Below the pieces are notes generated by a model that did no database searches, was not told the DNA's origin, and saw only the letters and a list, made by a program, of their open reading frames with translations. A stretch of 64,000 bases of DNA, from contig CM000150.2 in the NCBI GenBank assembly GCA_000004695.1, positions 960,001 to 1,024,000 of the forward strand, read 5' to 3'. The stretch comes from Dictyostelium discoideum. Taxonomy: Eukaryota. The stretch's first letter is position 1. The number at the start of each line of letters is the position of its first letter. Both the position numbers and the translations under genes were made by a program. Shown piece after piece: positions 1-11,297 of the stretch.

Positions 1-403
1 AAATGGTAATGAAAACTATTCAATTTCCCTCCCATCCGACCCAACTGGTAAACCATTAGATATGGGTGATATTGAGAACATTGGTTCAATTGTATCTGAA
101 ATCTTTTCAAATCAAAGCAAATACTCTGGTGTTGTAGTACCATTTTCAGGTGACGCTTTAACTGGTCCTGAAATTGCAAATACTTTCTCAAAAGTAACTG
201 GTAAAACTGTAACATTCAATTTCATTCCACCATCTGTTTACCGTACCTTTGGTTTCCCAGGAGCCGACGAAATGGCTTCAATGTTTGAATACTACAACGA
301 ATTTGGTGCATTCAATGATTTAGATAAATCAATTGCTTCAAAAATTACAAAACTTACATCTTTAGAAGAATATTTAAAAAAATCTCAATTTAAATTAGAA
401 TAG
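1..403 (+). CDS. NmrA-like family protein (PadA-like NAD(P)-binding Rossmann protein), 3' portion only; the 5' end lies upstream of the window
   Basis: The open frame runs from position 2 to the TAA at 401-403. The translation ...PEIANTFSKVTGKTVTFNFIPPSVYRTFGFPGADEMASMFEYYNEFGAFNDLDKS... matches the C-terminal region of NmrA/isoflavone-reductase-like proteins. Confidence 0.6.
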   Translation, partial: NGNENYSISLPSDPTGKPLDMGDIENIGSIVSEIFSNQSKYSGVVVPFSGDALTGPEIANTFSKVTGKTVTFNFIPPSVYRTFGFPGADEMASMFEYYNEFGAFNDLDKSIASKITKLTSLEEYLKKSQFKLE

Positions 404-959
404 ATGTCTTTTATAAAAAAAAAAAAAAAAAAAAAAAACTTACTAAATAAAAGATTTAATCTTTATTTCATTTCCAAATATTAATTTTTAAACTAATAAA
501 AAAAAAAATGTTCAATACATTTTAAAAATCTAACACAATTTTTATTATAAATAATCATTAATATCGATATAAAATAATAAATTAATTGATAGCTTAATTT
601 GAATGTAGCGACATATATATCTTTCAAAGTTATTGTGTAATCTTGGTGGTAGTTATTATTGCTGAGGGGGTTAACATTAAAGTGTGAATTTTTTTTTTTT
701 TTTTTTGTGATTGAATTTTGAGGTTATTAGTGGTGGGAGTGGTTAAATATAACACATAAAAAAAAATAATAATAAAAAAAAAATAAAAAAAAAAAAAAAT
801 TTTAACATACCATTATCTAATTGTAATTCATTTATTTGGTGGGGGTATAAAGTCGTTCTTTTTATATTGTTGTAAAATATTCTATTTATAAAAATTTTTT
901 GTTTTATTTTAATTTTTTTTTTTTTTTTTATTTATTTTAAATTCTATTTGTAATTTTAA

Positions 960-991
<32 letters not shown>

Positions 992-1151
992 CTTATTTTC
1001 TTTTTTATTTATTTTAAATTCATAAAAAAAAAAAAAATTATTTATGTTTAAAAATTGATAATTTTAAATTAACATTATTTATTTATCAATAAAACTGTAT
1101 TTTTAAAACTCTAAAAAAAAAAAAAATAATAAATAAATAAAAAAAATAAAA

Positions 1152-1401
1152 ATGATAAAAATAATTTATTTAATTGTATTATTAGTTTTATTATTTAAAA
1201 ATAACCATATTATAATAAAAGCAGATGATTGTCCTTTTCCTCAAATTCCTATAAAAACTCTTTCTGGTACTTGGTATGACGATCCTGATCATGCATCATG
1301 TGGTTTCGAAAAATTAACAGGACCATTAGGACCTGGTAATCGTTTGGTTGTTGCATTAGGTTCCAAATTGTTCGACAAAGGTATTTTTTAAGATTTTAAG
1401 A

Positions 1402-1451
<50 letters not shown>

Positions 1452-2309
1452 AATAATTAATTAATTTTTAATAATTATTTAGGGGCAAATTGTGGTCAAT
1501 GTTATGATGTAACCTCACCATTTAATAATAAAACTATTACAGTAATGGCGTATGTATATATATTATTTTATTGTTATTAAAAATTTTATTTTTAAAATAT
1601 TCAATTTATTAATAATTTTATTATTATTAATTATAGAACTGATAGTTGTCACGATGCAGGAGTAATTATTTTTTTTTTTTTTGAAAAAATATTTGTATAG
1701 AAAATATAAATTAATTTTTTTATTTTTTATTTTTTTTTTAATATTTCAAAGTATTGTCAAGCAGATAATCACTTTGATTTTTATAAAGAAGCATTTGATT
1801 TATTAGGTTCTCCATCAGGTGTAATTAGTGGTAATAGTGGACTATCATATATTAAAGTTCCATGTCCAACCTATGGTAATGTTAAAATTATGATGAAAGA
1901 TGGAAGTAATGAATTTTGGACATCATTTTTAATATTTAATTCTAGAATTTTAATAAAACAAGTCTCAATAAAATTATCAAATAGTCAGCAATTTATTGAC
2001 TTAAATAGACAACCACAAGGAAATTATTGGCCATCTACAAATATGGTATCTGGTGAATTTGAAGTTAGAATTGAATCAATTGGCGGTGAATTCATTTATG
2101 TTAAAATTCCATCAATTGAGAGTAGAAAAATTTATGATACTGGAAACCAATTTTCAGCTGATGGTTGTGTTGGTAATAAATATGATCCATATGCTCCATT
2201 TCAAATTACCTCTAATTCAAATAATATATTACCACCATCATTATATATTATTTTTTTAATTTCAATATTATTTTTAATTATTAATAATATTTTTTCAAAT
2301 AAATATTAA
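1152..2309 (+). CDS. Expansin-like protein (DPBB domain plus C-terminal expansin/CBM-like domain), with signal peptide; 4 exons
   Basis: Exons are about 1152-1380, 1483-1549, 1637-1661 and 1752-2309. Donors are GTATTT, GTATGT and GTAATT, and acceptors are AG. Spliced protein: MIKIIYLIVLLVLLFK...CPFPQIPIKTLSGTWYDDPDHASCGFEKLTGPLGPGNRLVVALGSKLFDKG/ANCGQCYDVTSPFNNKTITVMA/TDSCHDAG/YCQADNHFDFYKEAFDLLGSP...VPCPTYGNVKIMMKDGSNEFWTSFLIFNSRILIKQVSIKL... A hydrophobic C-terminus suggests a GPI anchor or TM segment. It is a paralogue of the next gene. Confidence 0.8.
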
Positions 2310-2449
2310 AAATAAAAAATGAATTAAAAATAATCGTAAAAATAAATGTAGGTTTTTTTTTTTTTTTTTTTTTTTCTTTTCTTTGCAAAATCTGATCCCT
2401 AAAAAATTTGTTTTTATTTTTCAATAAGCACATTGTTTTTTTATTTCTG

Positions 2450-2484
<35 letters not shown>

Positions 2485-2632
2485 TTGAAAGTAAAAGATT
2501 AAATATCTTGCCAACTAATTTTTTTTATTGTAAAAATAACAACAAAAATGAAACCTTTTCTTTGTGACCACAAAACGAGTTTCAAAATAATTATCTATTT
2601 AAAAAAAAAAACAACTACCCATCGATTATTTG

Positions 2633-2664
<32 letters not shown>

Positions 2665-2845
2665 AAAAATTCTTTTTAATCAAAAACAAAAAATTAGATA
2701 TTTTTTTTTTTCCTACACTTTTATTTTACTTTTTTTTTTTTATTTATTTTATTTTATTTTATTTTATTTTATTTTTATTTTTATTTATTTATATTATTTA
2801 TTTATTTTTTTTATTTTTTTATTTATTTATTATTTTCATTAAAAT

Positions 2846-3926
2846 ATGAAAACTTTTGTATTATTTGTAATATTATTATGTTTAACATTTTTATCAATTT
2901 CTAAAAGTGAAACATGTCCATTTTCACAATCATTAGTTAGTGGTGCATCAGCAACTTACTACACTGATCCAAATGCAGGTAATTGTGGTTATGAAAATCT
3001 CATGGGACCTCTTGGACCTGGTAATTTATTTATTGCTGCCCTTGGCCCAAATCTCTACAATAATGGTATTTTTCTATTTTATTAAAATTTTGAAAAAAAA
3101 GTTAAAGAATAACCACTTAATTACTAACAAAAATTGTTTAAATTATTATTTTTATTATTATATTTTATTTTTAAAAAAGGAAAAAATTGTGGTCAATGTT
3201 TTAACATCTCATCACCTTATACCAATAGATCAGTAGTAATTATGGCGTATTCTATCATTTATTTTATTTTATTTTTTAATTATTAATTAAAAAAGTTTGA
3301 AATAATATTAATATAAAAAAAAAAAAAAAACAATTTTTTTAAAATTAATTAGTACAGATTCATGTCCAGATTCAGGTTATTGTCAAAGATCATCACATTT
3401 TGATCTTTCAACCCAAGCATTTGATGTTTTAGGTGCACAATCGATTGGTGTATTAGAAGGATTAACTTATTATAAGGTACCATGTGGTGTTAATGGTAAT
3501 GTTAAAATTATGATGAAAGATGGTAGTAATGATTATTGGACAGCTTTTTTAATTTATAATTCAAAAGTAACAATTAAAGATGTCTCTGTAAAGATAACTG
3601 GTAAATCTACATATACAAGTTTAACTCAAAGTTCTTACAATTATTGGATTTCTCCAAATATGGTCCCAGGATCATTTGATGTTAGAATTGAATCTGTTGG
3701 TGGTGAATTCATCTATATAACCATTCCAAAGGTTGAAAGTAGAAAACAATATGAAACATCAAGTCAATTCAGTGTTGATGGTTGTGTTGGAACACCCTCT
3801 GGTCCATCTGGTGGTTTAGGTAGTCCATCAACTGGTGCTAGTATTGGTACTCCATCTGATGCTTCATCATTAACATTATATGCATTATTTTCTTTAACAA
3901 TTTTATTTTTAGTAATGTTAAATTAA
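2846..3926 (+). CDS. Expansin-like protein, tandem paralogue; 3 exons
   Basis: Exons are about 2846-3065, 3180-3246 and 3353-3926. Protein: MKTFVLFVILLCLTFLSISKSETCPFSQSLVSGASATYYTDPNAGNCGYENLMGPLGPGNLFIAALGPNLYNNG/KNCGQCFNISSPYTNRSVVIMA/TDSCPDSGYCQRSSHFDLSTQAFDVLGAQSIG...VPCGVNGNVKIMMKDGSNDYWTAFLIYNSKVTIKDVSVKI... The first two intron positions and phases are the same as in the upstream copy. The upstream copy has one extra intron. Confidence 0.8.
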
Positions 3927-3938
3927 AATTAATAAAGT

Positions 3939-3990
<52 letters not shown>

Positions 3991-4383
3991 TTTTTTGAAT
4001 AATATTTATAACTTGTATATGAAATTATCTATATCGACCATATATCTATTGGTCTTAGATAATATCTTTTCAAATAAAGTATAAAAATAAATAAAAAAAT
4101 ATTAATTTTCATTTTTTTAATAAAATAATTATTTACAATTTATTTTTTTAAATATTTTTTTAAAAAGACTGATATAGATAATTTCAAACACTAAAATTAA
4201 CCTGGTAAATTTTATATTCGGATACAATGGAAAATATCTAAATTTATTTTTTTTTATTTTTTTTTATTTTATTTTTTTTTTTTATTTTTTTAAATTTTCC
4301 CATTGCCAGTTTTTTTATTTTTATTTTATTTTATTTTTTTATTTTTATTTACATTGCTCAAAATACCACCAATTTTCAAAAAA

Positions 4384-5467
4384 ATGAAATTTTTAATTAC
4401 AATTTTATTATTATGTATTATAAATTTTGTAATTGGTGAAAATAATTTATTATCATCATCATCTTCAATAATTCCAAGTGAATGTGGAAATCCAAATTAT
4501 CAAAAATTAGAAAGTTATATTAATGGATTAGTTGGGTCTTATGGATACTGTAACGGTACAGAATGGGGTGTAACAGATTTCAAATCATTTTCAATTTTAA
4601 GTGAAAATTCTCAAAATTCTCAACAAACAGCATCAACAATTAAACTTTGGGTATTATTATCAGTTTTTAAAGATATTGAAGCAGGTTTATACACATTAGA
4701 AAAACAAATTGAATGTTCAACTGGTCTTATCACTGTTGAACAATGTATTGCTTTAATGATTGGTGTATCTGATAATTGTGCAACCTATTCATTAACTGCA
4801 TTAACTAAAATTGAATCTGTAAATTCTGTAAGATATTCATTTTTTTTAAATTTTAAAAAATAAAAAAAAAAATAATAAAATATTAATTATTTATTTATTT
4901 ATTGAAATATAGTTATTTTCAGAATTAGGAATGAATGATAGTCAATTTATTGAATGGTGTTTTTCAACATGTGTTGGATATAGTGATCCATGTCCAAACG
5001 TTTCAGGTGGTTCAGGTAATAATGTGTTAAGTTCACATGATGTTATCCATGGATTAACACTTTTACATCAAGGTTCAATTTTAAATCAAACAATGACAGA
5101 GATGACCTATAAATATTTATTGACTGCACATGGTTGGCAACCAATGATTGGATATTATGTTCCAGCACCAGTTGCCCATAAATCTGGTTGGTTACCAGCT
5201 GATGAAGGTTTTGACCCATTCACTGAAAATGATGAAGCCATTGTTTTCTCTGAATGTGGTGATTATGGTGCTTCAATTATGATCACTAGAGATTGGTCAA
5301 ATCCACAAGAAGATACAATCGCTTTAGAATTGGGTGCTTTAATTGGAAAATATATTTATTGTACAATGGTACCATTTGGTAATACAAATGATGGTGCTTC
5401 ATGTTCTTATATTTTATCACAACCAATTCCAACACCATCTTGTACTTCTTCTTCCTCTTCTTCTTAA
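4384..5467 (+). CDS. Secreted class A beta-lactamase-like serine-hydrolase-fold protein; 2 exons
   Basis: Exon 1 is about 4384-4827 with donor GTAAGA. Exon 2 is about 4913-5467 with acceptor ATATAG; an alternative acceptor at 4922 is out of frame. There is a signal peptide, MKFLITILLLCIINFVIG. The SxxK motif appears as ASTIKLWVLLSV (compare TEM STFKVLL). The SDN motif appears as IALMIGVSDNCATYSL. The KSG motif appears as HKSGWLPADEG. The catalytic Glu166 equivalent was not identified. Confidence 0.7.
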
Positions 5468-5527
5468 AATTAAAATTCAAAAATAATTATAATTTTCATA
5501 TTTCCATGTTTTCCGAATCGATTGTCG

Positions 5528-5560
<33 letters not shown>

Positions 5561-5648
5561 GAAAATAAAATAAATCCCAAAAATAAAAAAATAATAAAAA
5601 AAAAAAAATAAAAAAATGTTCGTTTTTTTTCACTCGAGTTTCGTTTCG

Positions 5649-5703
<55 letters not shown>

Positions 5704-5757
5704 CAAGATATTGTAGAAAAAGCAATAATTTGATTTTTATTTATATATTTATTAAAA

Positions 5758-7822
5758 ATGCCAGCAATTAAATCAAATAAATCAACAGCTTCTGCTTTAG
5801 AAACTACATCAAAAACCACTACTAAAGTTGTTTCAACTGGTTTACCATTAGTAAATAAAGAAAAAGCAATTGAAGCAATCAATGCTCTCAATAAATATTT
5901 CGAACAAAAACAATTAACAGAACCATTAAATATTTTAGAAGAAAATAAAAAAATCTATATAACTTTTGAAACTGATAAATACTATCATAATAGTTTATTT
6001 AAACCACATCATATGTAAGTTTTTTTTTATTTTTTATTTTTTTTATTTTTTTATTTTTATTTTTTTTTTTTTTAATTACTAATATTAAATATCTTTTTTT
6101 TTTATATATATATAGAGTTGCACCACATAAAATTGGTGAATTATCAGAAAAAAGAACATTAGTTATTATTGAAGGTGGTAAAGTAGATGCAATTAATTTA
6201 AAGACTAAATTAGTAGATTTAGGATATACTGGTGCAGTTGATGTTCTTTCAATGAAAGAATTCAAAAATGAATATGTCACAAAAGAACAAATTATTAAAG
6301 TTAGAAAAACATATGATGAATTTGTTGTAGATAATTTTTATAAACAAAAAATTCAACATAAATTTGGTAAAGAATTTCAAAATTCACCACAGTATGTATA
6401 ATATTTTTAGAAAAATGATCAATTATTATTATTACTATTATTATTATCAATTCTAATAATATATTATTATTATTATTTTTTTTTTTTTTAAAAAATAGAT
6501 CACCAAAACTTTCAATAATTGATCAAAAGAATCCAGTTGAATTAATTGAAACATTAAATAAACTTGATAGAATGGTATTGGTTAGAAGATTTACTGAATT
6601 ATTTTTCACACTTCCAGTTGGTACATCAGATTTACCAGTTGAGCAACTCATTGAAAATGTTGCATTCATTGTAGGTGAAGTTTCTAATAAATTACCTGAA
6701 AAAATTAATTCAATTCAATCACTTTCAATTGCTGGTTCAGATATTAGTTTACCATTTTATGTAAATGTTAAAGTACCATCAAATCTTTTATTCAATTCTA
6801 AAGAAAATAAAGTTGAATTAAATCCATTAGCAATACAACAAGAAAATAATAATAATAATAATAATACATCAGAAGAATCAACAACAAATACTACTACTAA
6901 TACCAAATCAAATAAAAAGAGAACAGAACCAGAATCAGAAGAAAAAGAACAAGAACAACCAATTAAAGAAAAACCAAATAAAAAATCAAAAACAACACCA
7001 GTTAAAGAAGTTAAATCAACACCAGCTGCTGTTGTTGCTAAACCAACTACACCAGTTAAAGAAGTTAAAGAAACACCAATTAAATCAAAAACACCAGTTA
7101 AAGAATCAACCCCAGCTGTCGTTGCTGCTGCTGTTGCCGCTAAACCAACTACACCAGCTAAACAAGTAAAGGAAACACCAATTAAATCAAAGACTCCAGT
7201 TAAAGAATCAACACCACAAGAAACCACCACTCCATCTAAACCAACTAAAACTCCAACCAAAGCAACAACCACCACCGCCGCCCCAAAAGAAGTAGAATCA
7301 ACTCCAGTTAAAGAAGTCAAACAAACTCCAGCCAAACAAGTTAAAGAAACTCCAGTTAAACAAGTTAAAGAGACACCAGTTAAACAAGTTAAAGAAACTC
7401 CAGTTAAACAAGTTAAAGAAACTCCAGTCAAAGAAGTCAAAGAAACCCCAGTTAAACAAGTTAAAGAAACTCCAGTCAAACAGGTTAAAGAAACAGTAAA
7501 AGAAGTTGCCGCTCCAGTTAAAGAAGTTAAAGAAACCCCAGTAAAAGAAGTTGCTGCTCCAGTTGCTAAGAAAGTTACTAAAAAAGCAGCCGCTGCTCCA
7601 GTTGAAGTTGCTCCAGTTGAAGCTGCACCAGTTAAAAAAGTTGTTAAAAAGGCTACTGTTGCTGCTGCTCCAGTTGAAGCTGCTCCAGTTAAAAAAGTTG
7701 TTAAAAAAGCTGCTGCTGCTCCAGTTGAAGAAGCTGCCCCAGTTAAAAAAGTTGTTAAAAAGACTGCCACCACCGCCACTGCTACTGCTTCAAAATTAAA
7801 AAAACCAATTGAAAAGAAATAA
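5758..7822 (+). CDS. Ribosomal L1 domain-containing protein (RSL1D1/Cic1-like nucleolar protein) with a Lys/Pro/Val/Glu-rich repetitive C-terminus; 3 exons
   Basis: Exons are about 5758-6014, 6116-6391 and 6499-7822. Donors are GTAAGT and GTATGT. Acceptors are TATAG and AATAG. The segments KAIEAINALNKYFEQKQ...IYITFETDKYY, LVIIEGGKVDAINLKTKLVDLGYTGAVDVLSMKEFKNEY...YDEFVVDNFY and DRMVLVRRFTELFFTLPVGTSDLPVEQLIENVAFIVGEVSNKLPEKINSIQSLSIAGSDISLP are collinear with conserved blocks of human RSL1D1. The C-terminal 300 aa are low-complexity KE/PV/A repeats. Confidence 0.75.
7330..7500 (+). repeat. In-frame tandem 24-nt repeat encoding (ETPVKQVK)n, about 7 near-identical units plus degenerate flanking units
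   Basis: The unit gaaactccagttaaacaagttaaa recurs. Flanking degenerate copies read TPVKEVKE and AAPVKKVVKK. Confidence 0.8.
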
Positions 7823-8116
7823 GTTAATAAATATAAATAAATAAATAAAAAAAAATAATAAAAAAAAAAATATAAATAAAAAAAACATTTAAAAATTAAA
7901 ATATTTGTGATCAGTTTCGATTCATTTTCTGATAAACAATTTAAAAAAAGATTTTTCTTTATATATCAATTATTAAATTAATTCGATCTCAAATGAGTAA
8001 TGTTTGATACTTTTAATAAATATTTATTTTAAATTTAATCAGATTATAATATTTTTATTGTTTTTTTTTTTTACACTTTTTTTTCATTTTCCGCCCACCT
8101 AAAATAATTTATTTAT

Positions 8117-8357
8117 TTATTTTTCTAAAAAATTGTCAACATAAATTTTTCTTAAATTAATTGAAAGATCATGAATTGGTAAACCGGTGACATTATAAAA
8201 ATCACCATTAATTGATTTTATAAAAGATGCTGCTGGGGTTTGTTGGATGCCATAAGAGCCCGCTTTATCCCTAGGGTAAAAAAATAAACAAAAAAATAAT
8301 AAATAATAAAAAAATAAAAAAATGTAAAAATAAGAATTAAATAATTATTTCATTAAT

Positions 8358-8397
<40 letters not shown>

Positions 8398-8896
8398 ACA
8401 ATGGTTTGAAATTGTCAACATAATAATTAATTAATTCAGGTGATAATTGATCAAACTCAACATTTGTTAAAGTGTAAAAACTAGAGGATCCTTTAGAATT
8501 TGTATTTTCATTAAAAAATTCAATATGGACAGCTGTGCAAACGGTATGAATTTTACCACTTAATAAAGTTAGCATGGATTTAGCTTCTTCTAATGATTTT
8601 GGTTTTTCGAATATTTTATTATCATATACTACAATACTATCTGACCCAATGATAATATTTGGTTGTTGATTTTGTTCTTTTAATTGTATTCCAGCATGAA
8701 TTGCTTTTAATTTTGCATTCTCTAAACAATAATCATAAACTGATTGAAATTGACTTTTATCTAAATCTTCCTTAAATTTTGATTCAACAATTTCAAATTT
8801 TACACCCAATTTACCAAGGTATTCAATTCTTCTTGGTGATGTTGATGCTAAAATTATCTTTAATTTATTAAGTTTGACCAAAATGTCTAAAATCAT
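8117..8896 (-). CDS. Maf-like protein (septum formation Maf / nucleoside-triphosphate pyrophosphatase family); 2 exons
   Basis: Exon 1 is 8896-8400 and exon 2 is 8270-8117, on the minus strand. The minus-strand donor GTAAGG lies at 8399-8394 and the acceptor CCCTAG at 8276-8271. The Maf signature reads [31 protein letters not shown]...[21 protein letters not shown]. The recovered C-terminus [35 protein letters not shown] matches the Maf GxGxxFIexIxGDyxnVmGLP tail. Confidence 0.8.
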
Positions 8897-9316
8897 TTTT
8901 TTTATTTTTTATTTTTTTCTTTTACACTTTGAAAAAAAAAAAAAAAAAAAATAAAAAGGCTTTTTCAAAAAAAAAAGTTTTTTTCGTGGGATTTCAATTA
9001 ATTTTTTTTTTTTTTAATGTAAAAAATCTTTTTTATTTTTTTTATTTTTATTTTTTTTTTTCCCATATATTTTATCAAAACTCAAACCAAACAAAAATAA
9101 ATTTTAAAATAAAAATAATAATAATAAAAAAATAGTGTGTGAATTATAAAAATAAAACTATTGAAAAAAAACTATTGTTTAAAAAATAGATTAAAAAAAA
9201 AAAAAGAAAAGAAAAGAAAAAAAAATAAAAAATAAAAAATCATTTGATCAATTTGATTTTTTTTTCTTTTTTTTTTTTTTTTATTTTTTTTTTTTTTTTC
9301 TTTTTCGACCAACATT

Positions 9317-9359
<43 letters not shown>

Positions 9360-9999
9360 CTAGTGTATTATTATAATAAAAGATATTTATTTATTTATTT
9401 TTAAACATAACAGTGTATTTATAAATAATTTGTATTCTAGTCTAAATAATATTAATCAATAACAGTATCCCAACACACTAAAATTTCATCGTTAATATTA
9501 ATTTATAATCAACCAACGTCCTCTAATTTTAGAGAATAAATTCGATACTATTTGTACTTTTATATTAAAAAAAAAATAACAATAATAAAAATTAATAAAA
9601 ACAAATAATAGATAAGAATAATAAAAATAATAAAAATAATAAAAATAATAATAAAAAAAACAATAAATACCCCAAAAATAAATTATTATTGTTTATTATA
9701 ATTTAATCGGACACATTTTCATTACATCTCACAAAAAAAATTAAAAATCCACAGTTTTGTGATTAACCCCCTCCCACTCTCACCCTTGCTATATTATCAT
9801 TTCCCACACTCTGTTATCATAAAAAAATTGAGTGGGTGCAGTTAAAAACAACAACAAAAAAAAATAAAATAAAAAAAAAAATAAAATAAAAAATAAAAAA
9901 TAATAATAATAATAGAAAAAATAGAAAAAAGAACTCACTAAGAACTCACTCCATCTTGTTTTTTTTTATTTTTTTTCTTTTTATTTTTTAAATTTATTT

Positions 10000-10036
<37 letters not shown>

Positions 10037-10056
10037 AAAAAAAAAAAAATAAAAAC

Positions 10057-10072
10057 TAAACGGTACCGTTTA
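10057..10072. promoter_or_regulatory. Perfect 16-bp palindrome TAAACGGTACCGTTTA embedded in poly(A), about 140 bp upstream of the RhoGEF start codon; possible transcription-factor site
   Basis: Direct reading. It is the only G/C-containing element within about 300 bp of homopolymeric A. Any function is inferred. Confidence 0.25.
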
Positions 10073-10138
10073 AATAATAATAATAATAATAATTTTTATA
10101 TAATTAAAAATAAAACAAATCAAATCAAAACAAATCAA

Positions 10139-10181
<43 letters not shown>

Positions 10182-10208
10182 ATAATAATAATTATAATAA
10201 ATTAAAAT

Positions 10209-11231
10209 ATGGCAAATCAAAACCCAAGACCAATTTTAAAGGGCACAAAATCAAATTTTACATTGGTACATAATATAGGAAATGTATCGGATGAAAAAGT
10301 TAAAGAATATTTAAAAACAGAAATATTAGTCAAAGAATGGATTGAAGAAGTATTACAAATTAAAATTAAAGAGAGTTTATCTGATGCTTTGAAAAATGGT
10401 ATTGTTTTATGTTATTTAGCAAACGCCATTCAAGATAATATTGTACCAACTATCACAGAAAAATCCAGATTAGTAAATATTTCCATTATAAACTTTTTTT
10501 TTTTTTTTTTTTTATTTTTTTATTTTTTTTTTTTAAAAAAAGAAATAATAATAATAACACATATTAATATAAGTTTATTTCTATTTTTATATGTATATAT
10601 ACATATATATATTTTTTTTAAAATTTTATTTTAAAATTTTATTTATTGTATTTTAATTTTTTATTTATTTATTTTTTTTTTTTTAAAAAAAAGGGATTAG
10701 AATTTAAAAAAAATATTGATTTCTTTTTATTAGCATTAAAAGATTTAGGATTTCCAAAACAAAAATTATTTAAATTAAATGATTTATATGAAGGAGAGAG
10801 TATAGTCAGAGTTGTTGAATGTTTATCACAATTATCAAAATTTGCATGCCAACATAAAGGATATCAAATTCCAATGAAATTAACACCAACATCAACACAA
10901 CCAATTAAATTACCAGTGGGTGAACATTTAAATCATTTGAAATTACAATTATCACAAATTAAAGAGTATACCATGGATAAATCAAATTCAAATCAGCCTC
11001 GAATGGGTACAGCAGTCTTGAAGGCTAAAATGGCATTATTAGCTGGTAACTCTATTGATTTTGCTAAATGTGAAAGAGGTTTCATTAAATTTCAAAGTTT
11101 ATGGAGAGGTTTTAGAGTTAGACAATTTGTTAAACATATGAGTAAGTTTTATTTTATATTCTATATTTTATATTTTATATTTTATATTTTATATTTTATA
11201 GTAGTGGTAGTAGTAATGGTAATTAACTAAA

Positions 11232-11297
<66 letters not shown>

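Noticed and set aside
2281-2842. Phe/Lys-rich ORFs at 2281-2514 (minus) and 2630-2842 (plus)
   Set aside because: They are translations of poly(T)/poly(A) intergenic spacer between the two expansin-like genes. There is no coding signal.
6757-7779. 340-aa minus-strand ORF (Gly/Ala/Ser/Thr/Leu-rich)
   Set aside because: It is antisense to the repetitive K/P/V/E tail of the L1-domain gene. The open frame is a by-product of the 24-nt tandem repeat. Its composition is pure low complexity with no start context.
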